NCBI RefSeq assembly: GCF_902713615.1
Contig: NC_052146.1
Location: forward strand, 70,947,238-71,011,237
Length of the DNA stretch: 64,000 bases
Direction of reading: 5' to 3'
Origin: Scyliorhinus canicula
Taxonomy: Eukaryota
The first letter of the stretch is position 1; each line of letters begins with the position of its first letter. The position numbers and the translations under genes were made by a program. This document shows, piece after piece, positions 1 to 13,100 of the stretch. The notes beneath the pieces were generated by a model. It was given only the letters and a program-made list of their open reading frames with translations. It made no database searches and was not told the DNA's origin.

Positions 1-1732
1 TGGAATCAGAGGAGATAGGGAAAGCGTTAAATGGATATTTTTCATCAGTGTTTACACTGGAGAAAGACAATGTTGTCGAGGAGAATACTCAGGTACAGTC
101 GACCAGGCTAGATGGGATTGAGGTTCACAAGGAGGAGGTGTTAGCAATTTTGGAAAGTGTAAAAAATAGATAAGTCCCCTGGGCCAGATGGGATTTGTCC
201 TAGGATTCTCTGGGAAGCCAGGGTGGAGATTGCAGAGCCTTTGTCCTTGATCTTTATGTCGTCTTTGTCGACAAGAATAGTGCCGGAAGACTGGAGGATA
301 GCAAATGTTGTCCCCTTGTTAAAGAAGGGGAGTAGTGACAACCCTGGTAATTATAGACCTGTGAGCCTTACTTCGGTTGTGGGTAAAATGTTGGAAAAGG
401 TTATAAGAGATTGGGCTTATAATCATCTTGAAAAGAACAAGTTGATTAGCGATACTCAACACGGTTTTGTGAAGGGTAGATCATGCCTCACAAACCTTAT
501 TGAGTTTTTTGAGAAGGTGACCAAACAGGTGGATGAGGGTAAAGCGGTTGATGTGGTGTATATGGATTTCAGTAAGGCATTTGATAAGGTTCCCCACGGT
601 ACGCTATTGCAGAAAATACGGAAGTATGGGATTGAAGGTGATTTAGCGGTTTGGATCAGTAATTGGCTAGCTGAAAGAAGACAGCGGGTGGTGGTTGATG
701 GCAAATGTTCATCCTGGAGTTCAGTTACTAGTCGTGTACCGCAAGGATCTGTTTTGGGGCCACTGCTGTTTGTCATTTTTATAAATGACCTGGAAGAGGG
801 TGTAGAAGGATGGGTTAGTAAATTTGCAGATGACACGAAGGTCGGTGGAGTTGTGGATAGTGTTGATGGATGTTATAGGTTACAGAGGGACATAGATAAG
901 CTGCAGAGCTGGGCTGAGAGGTGGAAGATGGAGTTTAATGCGGAAAAGTGTGAGGTGGTTCACTTTGGAATGAGTAACAGGAATGCAGAGTACTAGGCTA
1001 ATGGCAAGATTCTTGGTAGTGTAGATGAACAGAGAGATCTCGGCATCCAGGTACATAAGTCCCTGAAAGTTGCCACCCAGGTTAATAGGGCTGTTAAGAA
1101 GGCATATGGTGTGCTAGCCTTTATCAGTAGGGGGATTGAGTTTCGGAGCCACGAGGTCATGCTGCAGCTGTACAAAACTCTGGTGCAGCCACACCTGGAG
1201 TACTGCGTGCAGTTCTGGTCACCACATTATAGGAAGGATGTGGAAGCTTTGGAAAGGGTTCAGAGGAGATTTACTAGGATGTTACCTGGTATGGAGGGAA
1301 GGTCTTACGAGGAAAGGCTCAGGGACTTGATGTTGTTTTTGTTAGAGAGGAGAAGGCTGAGAGGTGACTTAATAGAGACATATGAGATAGTCAGAGGGTT
1401 AGATAGGGTGGACAGTGAGAGTCTTTTTCTTTGGATGGTGATGACCAAGACGAGGGGACATAGCTTTAAATTGAGGGGTGGTAGATATAGGACAGATGTC
1501 AGAGGCAGTTTCTTTACTCAGAGAGTAGTAGGGGTGTGGAACGCCCTGCCTGCAACAGTAGTAGACTCGCCAAATTTAAGGGCATTTAAGTGGTCACTGG
1601 ATAGACATATGGATGAAAATGGAATAGTGTAGGTCAGATAGGCTTCAGATGGTTTCACGGGTTGGCGCAACATTGAGGGTCGAAGGGCCCATACTGTGCT
1701 GTAATGTTCTATGTTTAAATGTTCTATGTTCT
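1..1732 (+). mobile_element. CR1-clade LINE, 3' part (ORF2 reverse transcriptase to 3' tail); runs off the window at the 5' end
   Basis: ORFs 223-996 and 1111-1632 are in the same frame and carry RT motifs (NYRPVSLTS, QHGFVKGRSC, PQGSVLGP, FADD). They are split by one stop (TAG at 994-996, likely from TGG). The 3' UTR ends in ATGTTCT repeats. Confidence 0.93.
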
Positions 1733-3169
1733 AAAAGGTGGCTGATGATGCCACTCAGGCGCTCGAGGACAGAGGCTGAGGAAAAGTAAAATCCCTGCCA
1801 TGCTTCCAAAAGAGCGGTGGTGGAGAGGGCAATATGTCTGCTAAAATTACTTTCCACCGTCTGAGTCCTTCTGGTGGTGCCCTGGAATATCCGCCAAAGC
1901 GAGTTTCCCTTATCGCCATGTTCTGCATTATCTTGTTCTTGCAGGGGAGGGGACTGGTGTCCCAGGAGGACACTGAGGCAATTATACTTGCCTCAGATGA
2001 GGAATCCAATGGTGACTCGGATGCGAAGCTCGGGAAATCACACGATGAGAAATGAGGAACCTTCAGAGAGGCCTGTACACCAGAGTGGCCTTGATTCAGC
2101 GAGGCTACAAAGGTTTGCCTTCCACCGGAGACCAAGGACACCGCTTGCTTTTTAAATATTGTACACAAAACCATGGCATAAACCCAATGTCACATCACTG
2201 ACTTGGCGATAAAGCTTGTTGGTTTAATGTCTTCCACCAGGCACTGATGAAGCCCAACCTCATCCAACACATAAAAAAACTCAGGGATTTTGACAAAATT
2301 TTAATTTATCTTCATGACTTTTAAATTAAACAAGAAACATTCAATCTTACCTGAGTAATAGACATATGAAGTTAAAAAAACAGAAGGCACCTGAGCAAAT
2401 TAAAATAAATTTATCAAAGACGCTTTTCCATGTTGCCCCTGACTGATTGTGTTTTCATTCCCTAAACGTCCCACTATTAGTTCCTTAGTAATGGATTCAG
2501 CATTTCCCCTATGACAGATGTTAGGCGAACACGCCTATATTTTTCTGTTTTCTGTCTCACTCCTTGATAAGAGGAGTTACATTTGACATTTTCCAATCCA
2601 CTGGGGTGTTTCCAGAACGTTGGAATTTTGGGGAGATTGTAAGCAATGCATCAATTATCTCTGCAGCCGCTTATTTTAGGACCGCAACTCGGGCAGCTGG
2701 CTGAGTTTGAAAAACAATATAAGAATGATAGCATAGGAAAACGATAAGTTAATTGGCTGGTAAGTAACTGCTAATTTGCACTACCTATTCTAAATTGTGT
2801 TCAGATTAAAGGTAAAAAATGAGAAATATTTTAAGTGGTAAATATAGTCAGTTTACAGTACTGGGGAAGGAGGAAACTGTTCCGATTGGATAGTTTTCAC
2901 GTGAATCATGCTGAGACCATAGTCCTATCGACTTTCATAACTAGAGCCATAGGTAGGGCTATTCGACTAAATAGTGTGTGGGGAGGTGGGGGACAAGTGA
3001 TATGGATAATTAGAAAACCAAAGTTAAAGAAGACGGTAGGAGTGCAGGCTAGTGACGAGGTGGATTGTGACCAGAAAATAAAAGGAATTAACACAACATG
3101 TGAATGTCATATTGCACCAAGCAATCAGACAACAGTAGATATATTTGATAACAGAACAAACTTAAAACA

Positions 3170-4060
3170 TTTGTGACTGATGCACGAAGCATTCAGAGCA
3201 AAATTAATGAGTTAGCAGCTCATGACTATGATTTAGGACTATGACTTAGTGGCAATCTCTGCGACATGGTTACAAGGAGACCAGGTCTGGATGTTCAATG
3301 TCCAAGGGTCAGTATTTTGGATGAATAGACAGAAAGGAAAAGGAGTTGGTGTCACTTTGCTAGTAAAGGACGTAATCAGTGCATAGTGAGAAATGATATA
3401 AGTACTGGGTATCAAGAAATGCAATCAGTCTGGATAGAAATAAGAAGCATAGGAGGAATGAGAGCAATATATCAGTCCCCAAAACAGTATTTCCGCAGTG
3501 GAGCATAGTGTAAACTGGGAAACATTGGAGACATGTAAGAAAGCTACGACAATAATCATGGGTGATTTGAATATGTGTAAAGATTGCACTAACCAATTGG
3601 CAAGGGTTGCCCCGAGGGAGAGTTCATTGAAGGTATTAGAGATGATTTTCGTGGAGCAATATGTTGTGGAACCAACCAGGACGCAAGCTATTATGCATTT
3701 AGTGTTGTGTAATGAGGAAGGATTAATTAATGACCTCAACATTAAGGATCCATTAGGGAAGAGTGCTCATAGCATAATAGAATCTTATATTCAGTCCGAG
3801 GGCCAGAAACTGGAATCCCAAACTAGCGTTCTGGAGTTAAACAAAGATAATTTCGTTGGCATGAAGACATAATTGGACCTCGGGGACTGGGTAGGAAGAA
3901 TAATAGGGGCAGTTGATGAGCAATGGCCGTTCTTTATGCAGATGTTCAATTGCTCCCAACTAAAATATATTCCAGAGAGGAAGAAAGATTATAAGAGGGA
4001 GAAAAAGCATCTATGGCTAAGCAAGGAAGTCAAAGATAAGATAAAGCCAAAAAATAATGC
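3170..4060 (+). mobile_element. Degraded CR1-type ORF2 N-terminal (APE endonuclease) fragment
   Basis: Frameshifted remnants such as TIIMGDLN, EQYVVEPTR, LVLCNEEGLINDL and PLGKSAH. Confidence 0.7.
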
Positions 4061-4089
4061 TTACCATATTTCAAAAGCAGTCTGGAAGA

Positions 4090-6075
4090 TTTGCTCATGG
4101 TCTAATCATGCGTCTTGCAAGATCTGCTGGAGATGGGGTGGGTCCATCTGGAGGCCCCGCCCCCAGCCAGTGCCACAGCTTGAGCCCCTCCAAACCCCGC
4201 CCATCCACCCCCCATGAGCCAAGCAGTGATGGAAGCAGCTCGGACAGCCCTTTGCCTGAAACTCAGGAAAACCCATAGGTCCGATCGGTGGATGATACAG
4301 ACTTTCGATCACAGCCGTTTCCAACACCATCCCAGAGACTCTCACTTCAGTTGGGCACTTTAGTGAAGAGGTTCCTGAGGCACTCTCTCCTGCACACCTC
4401 ACAGTTGACCCGGTACAGCAGGTGGAGGTAGGAATGACTGAGGGGACGGACAGCCGGGGTGGCAGGCTGACCCGAGGAACTAGCTGCCGGTCAGACAGTC
4501 CCATTGATTGTGGAGATGCAGCCATAGAACCAGGGACCACATGAGGGGTTGTCGCCAAGCATCCAGCATCTACAGGTGCAGCTGGAGGAGTCCACCCGCG
4601 TACGGCAGGAGGAGGTGGTGCCGGCAATATGTGCCACGCATGCCGATACCGCATGAGTGGCACCCACGGTTGAGGCATTGGGAGGAGATAGTTTTGGCAA
4701 TGGATAAGCATGATGAAGGCCTGGGCAATTTTGTGCAGGCACTGGCCGAACCCCAGGGCAGAGTTGCCGCATCACAGGTGACCATGTGCCAGAACCATCT
4801 GGAAATCGCAGCGGCGCTTCTTAGCATGGCCCAGTCATAGTAGGCCATGGCTGGGATTATCAACGGCATTGTCCAGTCTCTGATTGACGTGGTGCAGAGA
4901 CAGAGGGAGGTGGCCCAGTCCAAGTGGGAGATGGCGCAGTACTAGCTGATGTGACACAGACCCAGAAGGTGATGGCACAGTCACAGTGTGATGTGATGCA
5001 ATCGCAGATGGCGATGGTTCGCTCTCTGTGATCCATGGCTGCAAGCATGCAGACCCTGGTCGAGATCACCATGGGCCTCCAGGACTGGCAGTGCCAGGTG
5101 TCAGAGGAGCCTCAAGGGATAACTTTCTCGCACCCCCGTTCCATGGGGTAACCTGGAAGCCAGCGGGCACCCCGAGGGAGGAGAAGGTGATGGGGCTATA
5201 CCAGTGACTCACACAGGGGAGGTGCTGGAACACCACAGCACATTGGACTCCACTTCTCCTGTGCCTGTCGCATCTGGTGGCCATCGGGAAGAACAGGGTG
5301 GATCTATATTACCTGGGATATCCGAGCAGCAGCCGGGCCCATCCAGGCCAGGGCACACCAGAAAATACCACCTAACAGGGGCCCATATCACAGGGCGGGA
5401 ATCACAGCAGGCTGCCTCCACTCCTGCTGTATTACCTGGGGAACCACGTAGATGAAGCATTAGGGCCCATAAGGCCAAGAAAGAAGATGTCAGTTAAGTT
5501 GGCATGGGTACAGGGCACAGTTTAGTTATAGGGGCTAGAGCACAAATCTGTATTTTATTCACAAAAAACATCCATTACCACTGTTACAACCTGGCCCGGT
5601 GCTCTGATTGGTGTGGGGTGGGTTGGTCTGAGAAGGCGGGAAATGAGAAGACATTGGGAGGGAAATGGGCTAACCCTGTGATTAGCCCATGCTCCCCATC
5701 ACCACCACCTTTGGGACCTGATGGGTCAGTGTGATGGAATGGCCAGTTCGCATGCAGGGATCACCCAGGTGGATGATAGAAAGTGCTACAGTGGGCATGG
5801 TCAGACGGTGTCAAACGCTGCAGTGGACCAGAGCACATTGCAGGGCATGTTACGATCATCCACCATCTGCTGGACCAGAGCCGGCGTTACTGCCAACCCA
5901 GAGCCTCCACCCCATAGTGCAATGGGTATGTATCATGGAGGGTGTTGCAGGCGGGAGGTGGCCGGGTGGGGGGGAGAATGAGGAAATGTGGAGTTGGGTT
6001 GCAGTGTCTGTGCCCCTGGCCAGCCCCCCACCAACCCCTAGTCGGTGAACCTGGAGGCGATCAGAGCATGCCTTG
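4090..6075. mobile_element. PIF/Harbinger-type DNA transposon remnant, copy 1 (3' part of the accessory ORF on +, C-terminus of the transposase on -); continues at 11730-11808
   Basis: Similar by eye to 27210-28300 and 61858-63190. Removing the Gypsy insertion restores minus-strand ...RQGERARHALIASRFTD*, which resembles a Harbinger transposase C-terminus. Confidence 0.7.
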
Positions 6076-6652
6076 TCTTATGGGCCAGGGTTTAGAGAAT
6101 CCCAAAGTGTATCATGGAGTTCCCCTGACCCACAACTTTTAATGGATTGTGGTATGGGGAGCACACGGCTCACTCTACAGGTATGGCACAGCAGAAAATG
6201 GACCAGTGGTTTTTAAAACAAAACAATGTTAATTCTATGAACTCAAGTTAACCTTTTTAAAACAAACAATTAATATCTTAGCAACCAGTAAATCAAATAC
6301 ACCCCCCAAAGAATACAACACTAAGTAACCTGTATGCTGTCCTTTTACACCCAAAAGCCTTAACAAACCTTGGAACAGGAAGACATTAGGTTTACATTTA
6401 ATACTGAGACCTTTTACAATTCTGAGTTCACCAAATGATCCATAAATAGTCTTTGGATGGCAGAGATCAACAGCACAGCAGCTCACTGAAAAACACAGAC
6501 ACATCCAAGCTCTTCTCAAACTGAAACTGAAAAGAGGAAGTAGAGCTCAGCTCCACCCACACTCTGACATCACTCCAGTAACATGAGCAGCGTCATTTCT
6601 TAAAGGTACATGTCTTAAACACCCGTTTCTTAAAGGGTGCTCTCACATGACA
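6076..6652 (-). repeat. 3' LTR of the Gypsy element
   Basis: Direct repeat of 11160-11729. The plus-strand ends are TC (TG in the other copy) and TGACA. Confidence 0.92.
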
Positions 6653-6863
6653 CCTCCCCCAAGAAAAAAAACCCATCAACTTCAATACGGTTTTATTTTT
6701 CACCTTTTCACCATCCTTTAAGAAATGCACATAGTAAATGCACTTTTTGTTTCAAAAAAATAACACACACAAACACGTGTAATAATATAGTCCATTTCTT
6801 TCCATTCTTCTTCCTCCAACTGAAATCCTTTTCAATTAACAGTCTCTTTGAACAAGAAGGCAT

Positions 6864-7663
6864 CTACATGATCTGTATATTGTTCTCCGCCTCAGCATTT
6901 CTCTTGAAAGCCAGATAGTTTCGTTCAATCTGATCATAGAGTCCCTTGTAATTCTTCAACACAGGAGCATTGGTTATCACAGCTTTCAGGCAGTCACATG
7001 CCTGTTGAAAGTCCGCCGTCCATGAAAATTTCCGACGTTTCTTAAGAAAGTCCCTCAGTGGAGCAATCATGCTACAAAACTTTTGCACAAATGTTTGATC
7101 AAATCCACTCATGCCAAGAAATCACATTATTTCCCTTTGTCTAGAGGGTATCGAAAACTCCTCAAGGAAAGTGATTTGAGTTTTTCCAAATTCACTTTTG
7201 GCTAGGCTTATCACCAAACCCGCCTCCTGAAGTCGATCGAATAACTCCATCAGATGTATCAAATGTTCTGTCCATGTCTGGCTGAAAATTACCAGATCAT
7301 TGATGTAAACCGCACAATTGGATAATCCTGAAATTACTTAGTTAGTTACCGTTGAAATGCGGCTGGGGCATTTTTCATGCCAAATGGCACAACATTGAAT
7401 TGGTATATACCATCTGGAGTCACAAAAACTGAAGTCTCCTTCGCCCTTTCGGATAAAGGTACCTGCCAGTAACATTTAAGTAAATCCACTTTGGAAATAA
7501 AAACTGATTGTCCCACTTTCTCAATGCCAACCTCCAAACGTGGGATAGGATAAGAGTCCGTTCTTGTAACTGCATTAACCTTTCTATAGTCCACACACAA
7601 CCGTTGGGTACCATCTGGTTTTGGTACCATCACTATGGGTGAGCTGCATTGGCTGCAATCCAC
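6864..7663 (-). pseudogene. Gypsy reverse transcriptase (frameshifted); no RNase H recognisable after ...TNAPVL
   Basis: SSPIVMVPKPDGTQRLCVDYRKVN, YWQVPL, PFGMKNAPAAFQR, FSWT..QQA...LK. Confidence 0.88.
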
Positions 7664-7858
7664 TTCAATTATGCCATTTTAAGCATAATCTCAATCTCTT
7701 TGTTAACCGTTTTTCCTCTGGAAGATAACTCAACAATTTATCCCAATTTTTAAGAACATCCTCATTTTCCAATTTAATTTGAGGTATTTCAAATTCACAG
7801 TCATCTGGATTTTGTTCGTCACTTTGAGCTGGAATCATTAAAACCTCAGACTTTTTCT

Positions 7859-8931
7859 CTATACCCTTTCAAAGTACCTTTTAAGCATATTCACATGACA
7901 CACTCGGTGATTCTTCCTTCTATCTGGTGTTTTTACCGCATAATTCATCTCACTCAATTTCCTTTCAATTTGATAAGATCCACAAAACCTAGCTTTTAAA
8001 GGTTCATCTACCACTGGTAACAATACTAAAACTTTATCCGCATTGGTAAAACCACGGACTTTGGATTTCTTGTCCGCAACCCGTTTCATCACAATTTGTG
8101 CAGCTTTTAAATGTTGTCTAGCCAATTCAACTGCTCTATTTAATCGTTCCCTAAAATTTGACACATAATCCAATTATGTAATTTCCGATTTCTCACTCAC
8201 CAATTTTTCTTTCATCAATTTAAGAGGTCCTCTTACCTCATGACCAAAAATTAGTTCAAAAGGACTAAATTTGGTTGACTCATTCCGTGCATTCCTAATT
8301 GCAAACAGTACGAATGGAATTCTTTTATCCCAATCCTCTGGATAATCGTGACAATAAGCCCTCAACATTGTCTTTAATGTCTGATGCCACCTTTATAACG
8401 CTCCCTGTGATTCTGGATGGTACACAATTGAGTTAAATTGTTTTATTCCTAAGTTATCCATAACTTCTTTGAAGAACCTTGAGGTAAAATTTGATCCTTG
8501 ATCCGATTGAATTTCTGTGGGTAGTCCATATCTCGTAAAGAATTTAAGTAACTCCTCCACAATCTTTTTAGCTGTAATAGTACGTACTGGAATGGCCTCT
8601 GGAAACCTAGTACACACATCCATTATAGTCAAAAAATATTGATTCCCACTTTTTGTTTTAGGAAGCGGTCCTACGCAATCAGTTGGGACCATGTAAAAGG
8701 TTCCTCAAATGCTGGAATGGGTATAAAGGGCGCTGGTTTTATCACTGCTTGAGGTTTCCCTATCACTTTACATGTGTGACATGATTGACAAAATTTAACT
8801 ACATCTTTATGTAGTCCAGGCCAATAAAACTGTTTCTGGATTATAGCTTGAGTTTTCAATACCCCCAAATGACCTCCCAGTGGTACCTCATGTGCAACTC
8901 GCAACACCTCCTTTCTATACCCTACCGACAA
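7859..8931 (-). pseudogene. Gypsy integrase (H2C2 zinc-binding domain, rve core, C-terminal domain), frameshifted
   Basis: AHEVPLGGHLG...CQSCHTC; DCVGPLP, EIQSDQGSNF, YHPESQGAL; DWDKRIPFVLFAIR, FSPFELIFG. Confidence 0.9.
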
Positions 8932-8952
8932 TATTACTTGATGAACTTTTGC

Positions 8953-10900
8953 TCACTTTTCATCTGCCTGCATATATAATGGTTTCCATTTTCTTATCAA
9001 GACATTATTTTTACGGTGATAATACTCTGGTATACACTCAGATTCCTCTTCCGTATATGCTTTCTGATACATCCGTTTTACTTCTACATTTTTCTGTTGT
9101 AACTCCTTCAATTTTCCTGAACTAAAAATATTCGTCTCATCCTCCATCTGTTCTTGTTCTGTTTCAACCATCCGATCAAAAATCGATTCTGATAATTGAA
9201 CTACCACTTCATCTTCAGTCTTTGATTTCTCCTCTTGTCTTAATCTGTGACTTTGCGACCTTGTTACTACACAATCTGGAAAAATCCGAGGGCATTTGTC
9301 CTTCAACACTTCAGTTGTCTGATTTCCCACCGGCTTATCAACCACAGTAGGCATCACTCCCACTTGCGATCCAGCTATATCATTACCCAAGTGAAACTGC
9401 ATTCCTGTACAAGATAGTTTCTCTATTACTCCTACTACCACTTCACCACTCTTCACTGGACTTTCCAACCTTACCTTATATAATTGAACACCACTCCTCT
9501 CACCCTGAATTCCACATATTACCACCTTTTCTGGCAACATTCTTCCCAAACTATATAACTCCTCATCTCTCCTATTAAAGATTGACTAGCTCCCGTATTA
9601 CTTAAAATTGTGACTTATTTACCTGCTCCTCATGATACACATGAGTAAACTTTACCCACACAAGTAAATTCTTTAAAGACATCTGGCACCTTCTTATCAA
9701 TCACCTCTTGATCAGGCTGTACAATCTTTTGCACCTCCTTCGCTTCACTTGGGCTTTCCTTGACCACTTTAACAAACCACAATGTCTTATCCTGTTTTAC
9801 CACATCAGCCATCCCAGTGCTTTTCTTCAACCACCAACACTGTGACTTTACATGACCTAGTTTATTACAGTGAAAACTTTTCATGTCTCGTGGATTTACT
9901 TTTTCATTATCTCCCATCAGATCACCTTTACCTTTACCACTTGAGTATTTCTCATGTCCCCAGTTTCTATCCCTCACAGGCTGAAACTGATGTCGGAAAC
10001 CAAGCTTTGATTTATGAACTAATTCATAATATCTGCAATTTCTGCTGCTGATATCGCAGTTTTAACCATCTGCGCTTCCACATGAGTTCTCACTACATCA
10101 GGAATTTAATTTTTAAACTCCTTCAAAAGTATAATTTCTTTGAGAGCTTCATGCGTTTGGCCTATTTTCAAAGCCCTTATCCATCTATCAAAATTACTCT
10201 GTTTGAGCCTTTCAAACTCCATGTATAGTTGACCAAATTCTTTCCTTAAATTTCTAAACCTTTGTCTGTGGGCTTCAGGCACTAGTTCATATGCACCTAA
10301 TATGGATTTTTCACCTCCTCATACATCCTAGATACCTCCTCTGGTAGTGATACAAACAGTTCACTAGCTCTACTACCAGCTTTGTTTGAATCAGTAATAT
10401 CCACATGTCCTGTGGCCATTTCATTTGTTTAGCTACCTTCTCAAATGAAATGAAGAAGGCATTTAATTCCTTCTCGTCAAGCCTTGGTAATGCACCAAGC
10501 CTTCGACTTTGACGCTCCTTCTCACTATCCTCATCACTATCATCCAACTGTACATTTCCCTTTACGTCTGCCAATTTTAACTGATTGTTTTGTTTCATGG
10601 CCATTCTCTGAAGTTCAAACTATCTCTCTTTATCTTTTTCCCTGATCTGTATGTCCCTTTCTCTTTCTGTTTGTTCTGCTAGGGCTATTCTTTCTTTTTT
10701 CTTTCTTATCTCTCCTTTTCCGTTACATCTCTCTCTCTTTCTGCTCTCTCTCTTTCGTATTCAAGCTGCTTTAATTCTTTATCATGTTCCATGCGTTTAA
10801 TTTGCAACTGAATTTTTTCCATTTCCAATTATTCAAACTGTATCTCAGGCAACTTTAAATGCTTAGCTACCGCCATAATTACCTCATCTTTTCACATTTT
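8953..10900 (-). pseudogene. Gypsy gag (capsid, CCHC knuckle) and protease, frameshifted
   Basis: FFISFEKVAKQMKWPQDMW; knuckle remnant FHCNKLGHVKSQC; protease motif reads LSNTGASQSL (~9580-9610) with the catalytic Asp lost. Confidence 0.8.
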
Positions 10901-11159
10901 GTCAGGTAATGTTAACTGCAGTGTTTTTACCAAATCTAACAGTCTGTCTTTAGTCTCTGTCCATAAGGTACTGCGTGTAACCGTCTCCACCCCCAAAAAC
11001 TTCTGAATCCCTGAAAGAGCCATTGGCCACAACACACTCCCTACTTAAACTAAAATACCACATCTGAAAAGCACCCACAATATCCTCACCTCTCACTCTC
11101 TTTAAGTTCACTAAGCCGATGCAATAGATAGACTTTTCTCACCCACCGAGCCCCCAGTT

Positions 11160-11729
11160 TGTTATGGGCCAGGGTTTAGAGAATCCCAAAGTGTAACATG
11201 GAGTTCCCTTTACCCACAACTTGTAATAGACTGTGGTATGGGGAGCACGCGGCTCACTCTACAGGTATGGTACAGCAGAAAATGGACCAGTGGTTTTTAA
11301 AACAAAACAATATTTATTCTATGAAATCAAGTTACCTTTTTAAATCAAACAGAGAATATCTTAGCAACCAGTAAATCAAATACGCCCCCAAAGAACACAA
11401 CACTAAATAACCTGTATGCTGTCCTTTTACACCCAAAAGACTTAACAAACCTTCAAACAGGAACAGATTAGGTTTACATTTAATACTGAGACCTTTTTAC
11501 AATTCTGAGTTCGCCAAACAATCCATAGATAGTCTTTGGATGTCAGAGATCAGCACACAGAAGCTCACTGAAAAACACAAACACATCCAAGCCCTTCTCA
11601 AACTGAAACTAAAACGCAGAAGCAGAGCTCAGCTCCACCCACACTCTGACATGAGTAACATGAGCAGCTTCATTTCTTAAAGGTACATGTCTTAATCACC
11701 CATTTCTTAAAGGGTACTCTCATTTGACA
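11160..11729 (-). repeat. 5' LTR of the Gypsy element
   Basis: TGTTATGGG...TGACA, a direct repeat of 6076-6652. Confidence 0.92.
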
Positions 11730-11824
11730 CTTGCACGTTCACCCTGGCGTACACATCGTGCGGCCTGCCTAGGCTCCATGTTATGCCCATTCTCGCCCTC
11801 TCCCACATCATCCCCGTAAATAAA

Positions 11825-11958
11825 TGATAAAACAAATTACTGCGGATGCTGGAATCTGAAACGAAAGAGAAAATGCTGGAAAATCTCAGCAGGGCTTGCA
11901 GCATCTGTGGGGATAGAAAAGAGCTAACGTTTCGAGTCCAATACTCTTTGTCAAAGCT
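11825..11958 (-). repeat. Penelope-type terminal-repeat (pLTR-like) fragment with a minimal hammerhead motif
   Basis: Repeated at 14421-14551. The minus strand reads AGCT-TTGACAA-A-GAGT..ACTC-GAAACGTT-AGCT. Confidence 0.65.
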
Positions 11959-12305
11959 TTCTCAAATCAGCACACACCACATATAGGCATCGGAACTGAT
12001 TCTCTGCCCAATTGTCTTTACCGATTTTGACATCAGCCAATGCAGAATCCTGCCCAAGAAATTTACAAATGGATATATATATATAGGTTAGGTGAGTGGG
12101 CAAAAATGGGCAGGTGGAATTTAACGTGGATAATTGTGAGGTGATAATTGGGGGGGGGGGGGAGAAATGGAAAGGCAACTTGTTATGTAAATTGGGAAAA
12201 ACGTCTGAGGGCTTCAGTGCAGAGGGATCTGAGTGTCTTCGTGCATGAATCACAGAAAACTAGTATACAGTACAGCAGGTAATAAGGAAGACAACTGGAA
12301 TTTTA

Positions 12306-12624
12306 CATAGAACATACAATGCAGAAGGAGGCCATTCGGCCCATTGAGACTGCTCCGACCCACTTAAGCCCTCACTTCCACCCTATCCCCGTAACCATAA
12401 CCTCTCCTAAACGTTTTTGGTCACTAAGGGCAATTTATCATGGCCAATCCACCTAACGTGCACGTCTCTGGACTGTGGGAGGAAACTGGAGCACCCGGAC
12501 GAAACCCACGCAGACACGGGGCGAACGTGCAGACTCCACACAGACAGTGACCCAGCGGGACTCGAACCTGGGACCCTGGCGCTGTGAAGCCACAGTGCTA
12601 TCCACTTGTACTACCGTGCTGGCC
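12306..12624 (-). mobile_element. tRNA-derived SINE (HE1/V-SINE-like)
   Basis: tRNA-like head (GGTTCGA B-box), conserved core GGGTTTCCTCCGGGTGCTCCGGTTTCCTCCCACAGTCC-like, CR1-like tail. Confidence 0.88.
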
Positions 12625-13100
12625 TTTGTAGCTAAAGGAATAGAGTGTAATAGTGGGGAAGTTTGTTGCAGCTGTACGGGGCATTGGGGAGACTGCACCT
12701 GGAGTACAATGTACAGTTTTGCTCTCCTATTTGAGGAGGGATGTATTTGCATTTAAGATATTTCAGAGGCTATTCACGAGATTCATTCTAGAGATTAGAG
12801 GTTTGCCTTATGCAGAGAGGGTGAGCAGTGTATGGCTATACTCTCTAGAGTTTAGAAGAATGAGACGAGATTATTTTAGGATAACTGGTAGAAGATTTAA
12901 AACAGAGATGACGATAAATTACTTCTCTCAAGCGGTCGTGAATCTAGACCCAGAGTGTGATGGATGCCGGGGAACTGCGTGAATTAAAGGAGCAGGCATC
13001 TAAGGGTGTGGAGAACGAGCAGGAAAGTGAAGTTAAGGTCAGGGGAAGATCAGGAATGATCGTATTGAATAGCGTAGCAGGCTCGAGAGGCTAATTTGCC
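12625..13100 (+). mobile_element. Degraded CR1 3' fragment
   Basis: FQRLFTRFI..., LYSLEFRRMR, FKTEM..NYFSQ motifs. Confidence 0.65.

Larger units (their letters stand above)
6076..11729 (-). mobile_element. Full-length Ty3/Gypsy LTR retrotransposon of Gmr1 type (gag-PR-INT-RT order), degenerate
   Basis: Two LTRs (6076-6652 and 11160-11729) and a 4-bp TSD CTTG (6072-6075, 11730-11733). A PPT lies next to the 3' LTR (6653-6661) and a partial tRNA-Pro-like PBS TGGGGGCTCG at ~11148-11157. The internal ORFs are fragmented. Confidence 0.93.

Noticed and set aside
1930-2160. Splice-acceptor-like site followed by an acidic peptide (possible exon)
   Set aside because: No recognisable domain or partner exons. 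It may be a Harbinger transposase tail remnant, but the evidence is too weak.
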